Source: Candidatus Velthaea sp.
GTDB lineage: Bacteria > Vulcanimicrobiota > Vulcanimicrobiia > Vulcanimicrobiales > Vulcanimicrobiaceae
Direction: 5' to 3'
Assembly (NCBI GenBank): GCA_965214935.1
Contig: CBDCCS010000021.1
Span: 64,001-128,000 of the forward strand
Length of the DNA: 64,000 nucleotides
Every line of letters starts with the position of its first letter. Position 1 is the stretch's first letter. Below the pieces are notes generated by a model. That model was given only the letters and a program-made list of their open reading frames with translations, ran no database searches and was not told the DNA's origin. The translations under genes and the position numbers were made by a program. Positions 7,716 to 16,809 of this stretch are shown piece after piece.

Positions 7716-10274
7716 GTGACTCTGTTAGCTCGGCACGTCATTGCACTTGCCGCATGTTTTGGTTTTGCTGCGGCCACGGTTGCCGCACCGGGCCGCTATG
7801 CAGCGGCATCGGCCGCCGGCGTCGATACCGTATCGAACGGTAGCGTTGCCGGTAGAGTATTGAATGGGGACGGTTTTCCGGTCGGCGACGCCGTCGTCTC
7901 GTTACAGAAAAGAGGCACAACGGCAGCGGGCCGCACGGACGCTGCCGGCGCATTTCGCTTATCGAATCTCGAGGCCGGAACCTACGCAATCCGCGTCAGC
8001 GCGCCGGGCTTCGAGCCGCTCGGGCCGCGGCCGATCGGCGTTTCGCGTTCGGCGACGACCGACATCGCACTGGCACTCGTTCGTTCATCATCATCGCTGC
8101 TAACGATCGGGCGGGTCGCGGCGAACGGCGGCGAGGCCTTGTCGACATCGTCCGCACCGGCGTCGACAATGAATCCGCAAAATTACGTCGCTGAAGGCTT
8201 TACGCGGATAAGCGACGTGCTGCAGGACGACATATCGACGACGCTCGTCCATCCCGTCGGCGGCGGCAGCACCGTTTTGCCGACGTCCGTTGCCTTGCGC
8301 GGTCCCGACCCGACAGAGACCCTCGTCGATATCGATGGACATCAAGTCAACAGCGGAAGCACCGGCGACTTCGATTTATCGCTTCTCGATCCAGCCGATT
8401 ACGGCAGTATTGAACTCGTCAGAGGCATTTCGCCGTCGGCCCTCGTCGGACCCGACACGATCGACGGCGCTATTAATATCCGCACGCTCGAGCCGACAAT
8501 TGCTCCGCACGGCTTGTTACGGCTCTCGGCCGGGTCGTTCAATACATTTGGCGAGACCGTCCAGAGTACGGGCACCGTCGGGCGCCTCGGCTACGCGTTA
8601 TCACTGCATAATACGACCACCGACGGTGAAGTGTATGGGCCGGTGTTCGATACGACTTTGGGTCAAGAAGCGCGCGTCGGCAGCGGCATCGACGGGCAAA
8701 CGGCTTTGGCGAAGTTGCGTTACGCCTTCGGTACCAACGGCGGCGGCTATGCGGAATTGTCGTTCCACGATCAACGTGCGGTGCGCGATCTCTCCGCGGG
8801 CTTGAGCACGTATTCCGATCCGACAAACGGCACGACGCTGCCGAGCGTAACGGGATTCGAGGGCAGCTCTCTTGCGGCGCACAATGCCGGCTACGCGCTG
8901 GACGTCCGCGTGCCGCTCGGCGCAGGCGGCACAGCGGCGGCTGAACCGGCAAGCGTTCTGTTTCGGCATTACACGTCGCTCGTCGGACAGTCGGTTTTCG
9001 GTTCGGCCGCCGGAATATCTCCGTATCTCTATAACGACCGCGATCTCATCGGTGAGAATTCGCTCGAATTTGATAAACAGATTGCGAACGGGTCGCTGAC
9101 GCTGCAATATTCCGTACGCGACGAAAATCTAACGATCAGCGGTGCAAACGCCGGTTCGGGTGATATCAACCTCGAGTCGGTCGGCGTGCGGCTCACGCGT
9201 GACTTCTCGCGCTCGGCGCTCGGCGCCCGGCGCAACGGTCGAACGAGCGTAGCCGATGCAGGTACGAGTTCAGGACAGAATTTCAGCTCGACCGATACCG
9301 CCGATACGCTGCTGACGCAAACACAGCGCTCCGCGGTACTGCGCTACGTCTACGATCCGACCGCTAATTTACACCTCACCGCTGCGGCATATTACAGTGA
9401 CTACTCGAGCTTCGGTCACGAAACCGACCCGCGTTTCGGAATTGTCTATACGCCCGACGCGCGCTCGGCGATTCGATTTTCGCTCGGAACAACCTATCAA
9501 GCACCGCAGCTGCCCGAACTTTACGTGCCCGGCGTCTTGCCGGCGCCCGTCGGCGGATATATCACGACCGGTAACCCGGATCTCAAACCCGACCACGCGA
9601 CGGAGTACGGTATTGGTGTGTCGCACGTGTTTGAAGGCGGTGCGCACCGCACGGATGCCGCGCTCGATGTTTACCGCGTCAATCTGCGGACGCCGGCGAC
9701 CACGTTCGTTCAAGCCGGCGTTCTCGACCAAACATGCGGCGCAACCAGCAGCGGCGGCGACGGCGCACCGTGTTTATTCACGTATGCCGTCAATGCGGGC
9801 GGCGCCGTCTATCAAGGGTTCGAGATCTCGGCCCAACGCTTACTTGCACCGCACACGACGCTACGCGCCGGCTTTGCCGTTCGATCGGCCTTTCTCACCA
9901 GCGTTCCGCCGGAAATCCAAGACGGCACCTTCGTGCTCGATCAGCAAAGCCTCGGGCTGCCGCTGCAAAAAGCCCAGCTTACGTTGACGGGCGCGCCGTC
10001 GCGCGGGATAACGTTCCGTACGAACCTCGTTTATGAAGGCGCCTATAACGAGCTCAACGAGCCGCCGTACGTTACCGCGGACGCAGCAGTGGGCTATCGT
10101 TGGCCGGCGTTCGAGGTCGTGCTGTCAGGCACGAATCTTACAAACGTCTATGCGCGCCGTTTTACGACACCGGGTACCGGCGTGCCGCAAGCAACGTTAC
10201 TGGGCCCGCAAGCCACCGATGCATACGCCTTGCAAGGAACATCGTTCAACCTGAGCTTAGCGCGACGGTTTTGA
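7716..10274 (+). CDS. TonB-dependent outer-membrane receptor with N-terminal carboxypeptidase-regulatory-like domain
   Basis: GGGGAG RBS then GTG at 7716; signal peptide; plug motifs LRG...TLVDIDG and IELVRG...GAINI; GNPDLKP; NLTN; terminal Phe. Confidence 0.92.
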   Translation: MTLLARHVIALAACFGFAAATVAAPGRYAAASAAGVDTVSNGSVAGRVLNGDGFPVGDAVVSLQKRGTTAAGRTDAAGAFRLSNLEAGTYAIRVSAPGFEPLGPRPIGVSRSATTDIALALVRSSSSLLTIGRVAANGGEALSTSSAPASTMNPQNYVAEGFTRISDVLQDDISTTLVHPVGGGSTVLPTSVALRGPDPTETLVDIDGHQVNSGSTGDFDLSLLDPADYGSIELVRGISPSALVGPDTIDGAINIRTLEPTIAPHGLLRLSAGSFNTFGETVQSTGTVGRLGYALSLHNTTTDGEVYGPVFDTTLGQEARVGSGIDGQTALAKLRYAFGTNGGGYAELSFHDQRAVRDLSAGLSTYSDPTNGTTLPSVTGFEGSSLAAHNAGYALDVRVPLGAGGTAAAEPASVLFRHYTSLVGQSVFGSAAGISPYLYNDRDLIGENSLEFDKQIANGSLTLQYSVRDENLTISGANAGSGDINLESVGVRLTRDFSRSALGARRNGRTSVADAGTSSGQNFSSTDTADTLLTQTQRSAVLRYVYDPTANLHLTAAAYYSDYSSFGHETDPRFGIVYTPDARSAIRFSLGTTYQAPQLPELYVPGVLPAPVGGYITTGNPDLKPDHATEYGIGVSHVFEGGAHRTDAALDVYRVNLRTPATTFVQAGVLDQTCGATSSGGDGAPCLFTYAVNAGGAVYQGFEISAQRLLAPHTTLRAGFAVRSAFLTSVPPEIQDGTFVLDQQSLGLPLQKAQLTLTGAPSRGITFRTNLVYEGAYNELNEPPYVTADAAVGYRWPAFEVVLSGTNLTNVYARRFTTPGTGVPQATLLGPQATDAYALQGTSFNLSLARRF

Positions 10275-10289
10275 CAATCCGTCGCGGTC

Positions 10290-10874
10290 TTAGCGGAGGA
10301 CGATGTCGAGTGTGATATCGGCCGAATTACCGATAACCGGATCGAGCCGGGCGCCCTTCATGCCGAACGCGTGACGGTCGATCGGCCCGGTCGCGTGATA
10401 GACCGGGTGTAGCGGATCGCCGCTTATCGTAACGCTCAGTTTTTCCGGCCGCGTAACGCCGTGCAGCGTAAGCAATCCATGCATATCGAATCCGGCCGCA
10501 CCGGTGGTAACAATCTGCGTACTGCTAAAAGTCCATGTCGGAAAAACACGCACGTCGAAGTAGTCCGAACTCTCAAGCGCGGTGTCGCGGTCGGGCTCGT
10601 CGGTCTTGATGCGCGTCGCATCGAGCTCGGCGCTGACGCGAGTCGGGATGGCGCCGGCCGGCGGCAATTCGACGCTGCCGCTGCGAATCGCGACCGTTCC
10701 CGTGACGCGGTCGACGAAGATGTGCTGGATTGAAAACTGCGCTTTGGATCGAGCGACGTCGATCTCGCGTATCGGCGGAGCATCTGCAGCAGCGCCGGTG
10801 CTGCCGAGCGCCGCTATGAACGCCAATACCGCCGAGAAGGTGAAGCCGAGCTTACCACGTTCGATACGATGCAT
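10290..10874 (-). CDS. YceI-family periplasmic lipid/isoprenoid-binding protein
   Basis: Signal peptide; RDTALESSDYFDV..FP, GLLTLHGVTR, IDRHAFGM. Confidence 0.9.
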   Translation of the reverse strand: MHRIERGKLGFTFSAVLAFIAALGSTGAAADAPPIREIDVARSKAQFSIQHIFVDRVTGTVAIRSGSVELPPAGAIPTRVSAELDATRIKTDEPDRDTALESSDYFDVRVFPTWTFSSTQIVTTGAAGFDMHGLLTLHGVTRPEKLSVTISGDPLHPVYHATGPIDRHAFGMKGARLDPVIGNSADITLDIVLR

Positions 10875-12023
10875 CTAATGCGCGATCGTCAATTGGAAGT
10901 TTACGGTGTTGGTCGTCTGCGGCGTGTGCGCGACGACATCCTCGACGGTAACGCGCATGTGTTCCGACGGCGCGTAACCGAGCAGCAAAACGGCGTCCCG
11001 GCTAAAGATGCCGGTTGAATCGCTCGTCCCTTCGTAACGGCCCGACACGTAATACCGGCGGTTCAACTGATAACGCAGTTGCGTGAAGCCCCCGCTCGAC
11101 CCGCAACCGGTGTTGACGATTGCTCCGCACTGCGCATCCCAGCCGGTCAGCAACACCGACTCGCTCGACAAGCGTCCCCATTGATTCCACACGACGCCAT
11201 AGCCGGTACGCTCGAACGAATCATTCGTTCCCACCGGCGTCGGGCGCCGGCCGCCGTAGCGAAAAGCAGTAAGAGCAAGCGGACCGAGATTGTCCTGCAC
11301 TTCGACGAGCGCATCGGCGCCCAGCGATGCTAGGCCGCTTTGACGATCGTGTCCCGGTCCGCTGAAAAGCTGCAGGTTCAAACCGCGCACCGGATCGCCG
11401 GCACTAAGCCGGACGCCGATCTTCGGGTCGTAAAAATTAAATGGGTTCGCGCCGACGGTTTGTTCGTACGGCGCGTAGCCGGCATACGAATCGCGAAACG
11501 ATTCGGGATCGACGGGCAGCGGAAGTGTGAATGAACCGGCCTGCAGCGAAACGGGAATTCGCGCGCTCCATGGGTTGATGCGGTCGTTAATCCACGCGTC
11601 GCGCGTCAGTCCGTGAACTCCGCCGTCAACGACGTATTGCTCGATAAAATACGTTCCGCGCGTCCCGATTGCGCCGGACGTAAACAACTCGATTTCGTCG
11701 ACGATTGCCTTGGGCAGACCGGCCCCATCGGGTCCATCACCTTGCCGCTCGCTTGAGTCGACCAAGTTGAGCTTTGCCGAGAACGGAAACGCCGGACCGG
11801 GTTGCAGCCCGGGAATGCGGTCGCCGGCAGCAGTGAAAGCGGCGCCGAACGCATTCAAATGCGGAATGACCGAATGGCACTTAGCGCACGACACTTCGTA
11901 TTGTTGCGAAAACAGCGGGATGGCCCAAGCGGCGCGCGGTGCATGGAAGAACACCAGGATTGCCGTCGCCAAAACCACCTTCACGATTCGTCGATACAAA
12001 TTAGGTGAACCTAAACTCCGCAT
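10875..12023 (-). CDS. Monoheme cytochrome c fused to a beta-barrel (Cyc2-like cytochrome-porin)
   Basis: Signal peptide, then AIPLFSQQYEVSCAKCHSVIPHLNAFG (CxxCH in a Cyc2-type context), then amphipathic beta strands. Confidence 0.75.
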   Translation of the reverse strand: MRSLGSPNLYRRIVKVVLATAILVFFHAPRAAWAIPLFSQQYEVSCAKCHSVIPHLNAFGAAFTAAGDRIPGLQPGPAFPFSAKLNLVDSSERQGDGPDGAGLPKAIVDEIELFTSGAIGTRGTYFIEQYVVDGGVHGLTRDAWINDRINPWSARIPVSLQAGSFTLPLPVDPESFRDSYAGYAPYEQTVGANPFNFYDPKIGVRLSAGDPVRGLNLQLFSGPGHDRQSGLASLGADALVEVQDNLGPLALTAFRYGGRRPTPVGTNDSFERTGYGVVWNQWGRLSSESVLLTGWDAQCGAIVNTGCGSSGGFTQLRYQLNRRYYVSGRYEGTSDSTGIFSRDAVLLLGYAPSEHMRVTVEDVVAHTPQTTNTVNFQLTIAH

Positions 12024-12190
12024 GAGGCTTGGCTATTGGGTATCGTAGCCGGACCTCCTGCGAGGGCTCGGCGCAACGTCGGTGCTGGTCGCGCCGCCAC
12101 GCCGAAGGCTCGCTTCTAGCCGGCTGAAGCGCGGCGATGTACGGCCGTGACATGCCGCAGAGACGAGTGCTTGATGTGCCGTGAACCCGA

Positions 12191-13372
12191 TCAGCGGGTG
12201 TCGAAGTGCTCCGCGCCGACCGGCACGCGAAAGGGCAGATGGCCGAGTCCGCTTTTTGTGAAAACAACTTGCCAGATATGAATGGCGCGAGCTTGAAACA
12301 AACCGCGCGCCATTAAGAGATAGTACGTCCAAGTTCGGTAAAAGCGTTGGTCGTACGCGTCTTCGATCTGCGACCAGTGCGCTTTGAAGTTATCGAGCCA
12401 GGCGCGAAGCGTTTGCTCGTAATCCGTTCCAAAGTGATGCATCGCTTCGACGACGAAAAGCTGTTCGGCGGAAACGAGCAGCTGCGTAAGCGACGGAATT
12501 TCTCCGTTTGGAAAGATGTACTTCGTGATCCACGGGATTTGCGCAGAACCAACGGGCTCGTTGCCCACGATTGTATGCAGCAAGAACACACCGTCGTCTT
12601 TGAGGCAGCGGTCGACGACATTCATGAACGTCTGGTAATACCGGTGACCGACATGCTCGAACATGCCGATCGAGACCACGCGATCGAATCGTTCGGTCAT
12701 GGTGCGATAATCTTGCAAGCGGATGTCGACGCGAGAACCGGCGCAATGCTTTCGCGCATAGGCGGCCTGTTCTTTCGATATCGTTATTCCGACGACGTCG
12801 ACTCCATAATGTTCGGCAGCGTATTTCGCCCAGCCACCCCAGCCGCAACCGATGTCGAGCACGCGCATACCGGGCTTAAGACCGAGCTTCGTGCACGTCA
12901 AGGCGAGCTTATTTTCTTGCGCCTGATCGAGAGTCGCGGCGTCGCGCCAATAAGCACAACTGTAAATCATCCGTTTGTCGAGCATGACCTCGAAGAGGTC
13001 GTTGCCTAAATCGTAATGACGCCGGCCGACCTCGAAGGCTGTTTTTGCTGCACCGGCTTGACGGGATTGGAAGCGCGACAGTACGTCGAGCGCGAACGTG
13101 ACGAGTGATCGCCGACGCAGATTCGTCTCGGCCAAGCGACACATGACTTCATCGATTCGATCCGCGTCCCACAGGCCGTCGACATACGCTTCGCCGAGTC
13201 CAAGTGCGCCGTGCAGCGCCAGTCGCTTATAAAAGGCGTCATCCAAAACGCGTATATCCGCTGCGTGCGGACCATCGATGCGGATACCGGCACGCGCAAA
13301 ATAGCGTTGAACGATTGCTTTGAGCCGCGGACTGTTTCGGCCGGAAGCGGCAGGTGAAGCACTCATTGGCAA
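12191..13372 (-). CDS. cfa: Cyclopropane-fatty-acyl-phospholipid synthase
   Basis: LGLGEAYVDGLW, HYDLGNDLF, YSCAYW, VLDIGCGWG, SIGMFEHVG, WITKYIFPNG. Confidence 0.93.
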   Translation of the reverse strand: MPMSASPAASGRNSPRLKAIVQRYFARAGIRIDGPHAADIRVLDDAFYKRLALHGALGLGEAYVDGLWDADRIDEVMCRLAETNLRRRSLVTFALDVLSRFQSRQAGAAKTAFEVGRRHYDLGNDLFEVMLDKRMIYSCAYWRDAATLDQAQENKLALTCTKLGLKPGMRVLDIGCGWGGWAKYAAEHYGVDVVGITISKEQAAYARKHCAGSRVDIRLQDYRTMTERFDRVVSIGMFEHVGHRYYQTFMNVVDRCLKDDGVFLLHTIVGNEPVGSAQIPWITKYIFPNGEIPSLTQLLVSAEQLFVVEAMHHFGTDYEQTLRAWLDNFKAHWSQIEDAYDQRFYRTWTYYLLMARGLFQARAIHIWQVVFTKSGLGHLPFRVPVGAEHFDTR

Positions 13373-13540
13373 TACGTCCTCGATCGTTCAGATGAACGAC
13401 ACAACTTCGACGGCGGCAGGCCGCTGTTCGGTAAGCAAGCAACAAAACGCTTCCCTCGAGGTACCGGACGGCTTCTAAGCCGATGCCGGCTTGATTCGTA
13501 CTGCCGCATAACGACCGACGGCTAGCGCAGCTCGCGCTAT

Positions 13541-13570
13541 AAAAAAAAGCCCCGCTTATCAGCGAGGCTC
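13541..13570 (-). terminator. Rho-independent terminator
   Basis: Minus strand reads agcctcgct-gata-agcggggct followed by a T run, just after the stop at 13594. Confidence 0.8.
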
Positions 13571-13593
13571 GAGACGATGAACGGCGTTGAGAT

Positions 13594-14262
13594 TTAGTGG
13601 TAAGCGGCGAGTTTTACCGACGTTGCGCCGAGTGCCTGCGCTAAATCATAATGCGCTTGATCGGAGATCTTATGGTAGTTAGCATCGGCTTTGAGGCCGT
13701 ACTTGGAATCGATATCTTGCATAACTTGCTCGTGAATGGCATTCGTCACCAAGTGATCGAGTTGCGTTCCTTCGTAGTACGTCCCGCGGCTCAGGCCCAA
13801 CGTGACGACGCGTACGGCAAGCGTCTTACCCGTGAGCTTGGGCGCCGGAAATTTGACGCCGGCGGCAGTAGCGATTTTAACGGCGTCATTGACCGCAAAA
13901 TTCTGCACGGCGACATACGAGCCGACCGACGTCGCTCCGTATTGTTTGGTAAGTTTAGCGACTTCCGCGTTTGCCGTCGTTTCGCCGGCAAGAGCCGTTA
14001 ACGCAGTGACGATCGAGAAGTGCCCCGGCGCGCCGCCGGCGGTAACGAGCGAAATTGCGGCTTGCAGATCGGGTTTACCCGTGTAGGTATGGCCGTCGCC
14101 GCCCATGCGGCCGGCAGGCATACCATGATCCGGCCCGGTCCTCATACCCGTCATCGTATCGCTCGACATCATCATTGCGACCGACTCGTGCGCATTTGCG
14201 ATGCTCGGTCCGGTTACGATTGCGACGGCAGCAAGAACCGGCAGCAAAGCTTTCTTGAACAT
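13594..14262 (-). CDS. Exported hypothetical protein with Met/His-rich N-terminus
   Basis: GGAGG RBS; MFKKALLPVLAAVAIV...ANA signal peptide, then HESVAMMMSSDTMTGM...DHGM; several further His residues. Confidence 0.85.
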   Translation of the reverse strand: MFKKALLPVLAAVAIVTGPSIANAHESVAMMMSSDTMTGMRTGPDHGMPAGRMGGDGHTYTGKPDLQAAISLVTAGGAPGHFSIVTALTALAGETTANAEVAKLTKQYGATSVGSYVAVQNFAVNDAVKIATAAGVKFPAPKLTGKTLAVRVVTLGLSRGTYYEGTQLDHLVTNAIHEQVMQDIDSKYGLKADANYHKISDQAHYDLAQALGATSVKLAAYH

Positions 14263-14424
14263 GTATTCCTCCAGAGAATGATTACACCGGCTTAACGCGT
14301 GATTGCTAGCAGCAGATTCGATAACAATGATAAAGAGATTAAACTTGACATTTGATGCCGTCGATCGAGCGCGGAACGTCGCTAATTTTTCAATGCATTC
14401 GGTCGTTGACCGTCGCACGGCAGC

Positions 14425-15144
14425 TCAGCCGTGCGTTGCGGTGCGCTTGGAAACGAGCGGCACCGGCTCTTCGACCGCCGGTTTGAGCTTCATGACGGCG
14501 CGCAGGGATAAAAATCCGAACGCGACTTTGGCCAAAACATCGAGCGCGGTGTACCAAAGTGTTTGCGGCGCCGCCGGCATGACGCGCAGTCCTTCGTCGC
14601 CTAAGAGCCACACGATGGGATATTGAAACCACAAGATGGTGAGAACGGCAATGAGCTGCGTATAGACGCGGCCGCGGCCGATGCGCGTCGCTTCAATTCG
14701 TAGCGGCTGCCACAAGATTACTAAGACCGCCACGAATGCAACCGAACTGAATGCATACCAAACCCAGCGCGAGGCATCGACGGATAATCCGCCGGCAAGA
14801 CCGGTAAGAATCATGAAGATGTCGGCGGCGATCGCGCCGTAGATGCGCGTCTTATCGGCGCTCAGAGACCGAATGCCGATCGTTGCCGTGCCGAGGATCA
14901 GCAACGGCGTCGTGATGGCCCAATCGATATAACGTGCAATGACGATTTCATGACCGTCCGCAAGCGTCAAATGTGTTTGGCCGATTGCCATTGCAAAATA
15001 GCTCGCGGTTGCGACCAGCACGATTAAGATGCTTGTGAGGAAGTGGTGTTTATCGCCCTCGCGCGCGCGAAAACTCATGCCGATGAATGCAAGCAGCCCG
15101 AAAGCCATGCAAATTTCGCCGGTCCATAACGATGCCGACAGCAT
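14425..15144 (-). CDS. Microbial (type 1) rhodopsin, DTG motif
   Basis: 7 TM segments; helix C RYIDWAITTPLLILG; helix F WFQYPIVW; helix G DVLAKVAFG (retinal-binding Lys). Confidence 0.95.
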   Translation of the reverse strand: MLSASLWTGEICMAFGLLAFIGMSFRAREGDKHHFLTSILIVLVATASYFAMAIGQTHLTLADGHEIVIARYIDWAITTPLLILGTATIGIRSLSADKTRIYGAIAADIFMILTGLAGGLSVDASRWVWYAFSSVAFVAVLVILWQPLRIEATRIGRGRVYTQLIAVLTILWFQYPIVWLLGDEGLRVMPAAPQTLWYTALDVLAKVAFGFLSLRAVMKLKPAVEEPVPLVSKRTATHG

Positions 15145-15268
15145 TACGATGAGCCTGCCTTTCGAGACAAATGCATAAGATCGTTCGTGTAATTATTGTT
15201 CTCGACGGCCAAGCGAAACGCGCTTGCTTCGGTGCATTGAATGCCGATCGGAGAGCGCAGCGACGTCG

Positions 15269-16486
15269 TTACAAGCGCCTTCGAAACACAATGCCGTTGG
15301 CGATTGCGCCGATCGCCATGACGGCACTCGTCGCAAAAAAAACGGCTCGCATCCCGGAGTGAGCGCCGATTGCCGCGCCCAGCAACGGTCCGGTGACGTT
15401 TCCGACGTACTGAGCGGAAACGGAATATCCGAGCACCGTACCTGCGACGGCTTCGGCTGCGGCGTGCCGAATGACGCTGGCTATGCAGGGCAACATTCCG
15501 CCGAGCGCCATGCCCATGAGCAGCCGTAGTGCAACGAGTTGCCAGCTCGTGGTGACCAACGCTTGCGGCACGAGCAAGATCGCCGCCGCAGCCAGACACC
15601 CGATCAACACCTTAATGGGGCCGACTCGATCGGCGAGCTTGCCCAAAAATGGCGCCGAGATGACACTGCCCAGCGCGCCGGCCGACATAACGATGCCCGC
15701 CACGAGCGTAACCTGCCGCGCGCTCACGAATTGCGCGACGTAAATGGTGATAATGGGCTCGATCGACATCGTCGCGAGCATGACCAGCGTGCCGGTCAGA
15801 AGCATCGTCACGAGCGGACGGGTGAGTACGGAACCGGCACGGTGCCCGGACGGCTTCAAAACGCGCACCGGTCGTGGCTGCTCCTTGACGAACAACGCCG
15901 TCGCCACAAAGGCCGCAAAAATAACGCCGCCGGCCAGAAAAAACGTCGATCGAATGCCGATCAGCGCCGGAAATGCACCGCCGATAAGCGGGCCGATCAG
16001 ACTGCCGGTCATGATCCCGGACGACAGAACTCCCAGCGCCCAACCGGTTCGAGCTTTCGGCGTTTGGGTCGCAACGAGCACGGTCGACGCCGAAGCATAA
16101 CCGCCCAGCAAACCAGCGAGCAGCCTCAGTGCGACGAGTTGCCAGACGTCATGCGCCATACCGAGCAGCGACATTGCAATTGCCATGCCGAGGCTCGCGC
16201 GGACGAGCATCAGCTTACGGCCGTAACGGTCGGCGAGACGTCCCCATAACGGCGCGACGAGTCCGGCTGCCAGGAACGTCGCGCCGAAAGCGACACCCGA
16301 CCACCACACGATGCCGGCGCGATCGCGCACGCCGAGTTCTTCGACGTACAGCGGCAGAAAGGGCAAGAGCAGGGTCATCGCAACAAGCGTGGTGATCGAC
16401 CCGAACACGCACACCGCAAGGTTGCGGCGCCAATAGATCGAGCCGTCGGCGTTACTTACAGCTGCTTCCCGAAGCGCATCCGTCAT
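15269..16486 (-). CDS. MFS transporter (DHA1/MdtG-like)
   Basis: LLLPFLPLY, WGRLADRYGRK, GKLADRVG; 12 TM segments. Confidence 0.92.
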   Translation of the reverse strand: MTDALREAAVSNADGSIYWRRNLAVCVFGSITTLVAMTLLLPFLPLYVEELGVRDRAGIVWWSGVAFGATFLAAGLVAPLWGRLADRYGRKLMLVRASLGMAIAMSLLGMAHDVWQLVALRLLAGLLGGYASASTVLVATQTPKARTGWALGVLSSGIMTGSLIGPLIGGAFPALIGIRSTFFLAGGVIFAAFVATALFVKEQPRPVRVLKPSGHRAGSVLTRPLVTMLLTGTLVMLATMSIEPIITIYVAQFVSARQVTLVAGIVMSAGALGSVISAPFLGKLADRVGPIKVLIGCLAAAAILLVPQALVTTSWQLVALRLLMGMALGGMLPCIASVIRHAAAEAVAGTVLGYSVSAQYVGNVTGPLLGAAIGAHSGMRAVFFATSAVMAIGAIANGIVFRRRL

Positions 16487-16577
16487 GCGCTCACCGCAAC
16501 GCTCGCCATCGCCCGATCAACGCCGCGCTTACGTCTGCGAACGGCACTCGCACACGGCAGCGGATCACGAGAATACA

Positions 16578-16650
16578 TGGGCGATGACGGGCTCGAACCG
16601 CCGACCTTGTCCGTGTAAAGGACCTGCTCTCCCAGCTGAGCTAATCGCCC
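16578..16650 (-). tRNA. tRNA-Val(TAC)
   Basis: GGGCGATTAGCTCAGCTGGGAGAGC...anticodon loop TTTACAC...GGTTCGAGCCCGTCATCGCCCA. Confidence 0.93.
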
Positions 16651-16809
16651 GAACGTACGCGCAACGTTTATTTCGCACGACGCTGCCGTGTTCCCATGCC
16701 GATCTGTTTGCGTCGCCGGCCGAACGTCTCAGCAGTCGTACTTCATCCGCTTGTCGCGGAGCAACGGCGCTTCCCAAGGAGGCATCCCGGCGTTTCGGAA
16801 CGAGACGGT

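Noticed and set aside
14425..15144. Xenorhodopsin, halorhodopsin or heliorhodopsin assignment
   Set aside because: D85 and D212 are both present with the normal DxxxK helix G; xenorhodopsins have Pro at 212 and chloride pumps lack D85.
12191..16650. Integrative element at tRNA-Val (or at tRNA-Glu, 38727)
   Set aside because: No integrase or transposase, and no duplicated tRNA 3' end found by eye; at most an old insertion hotspot.
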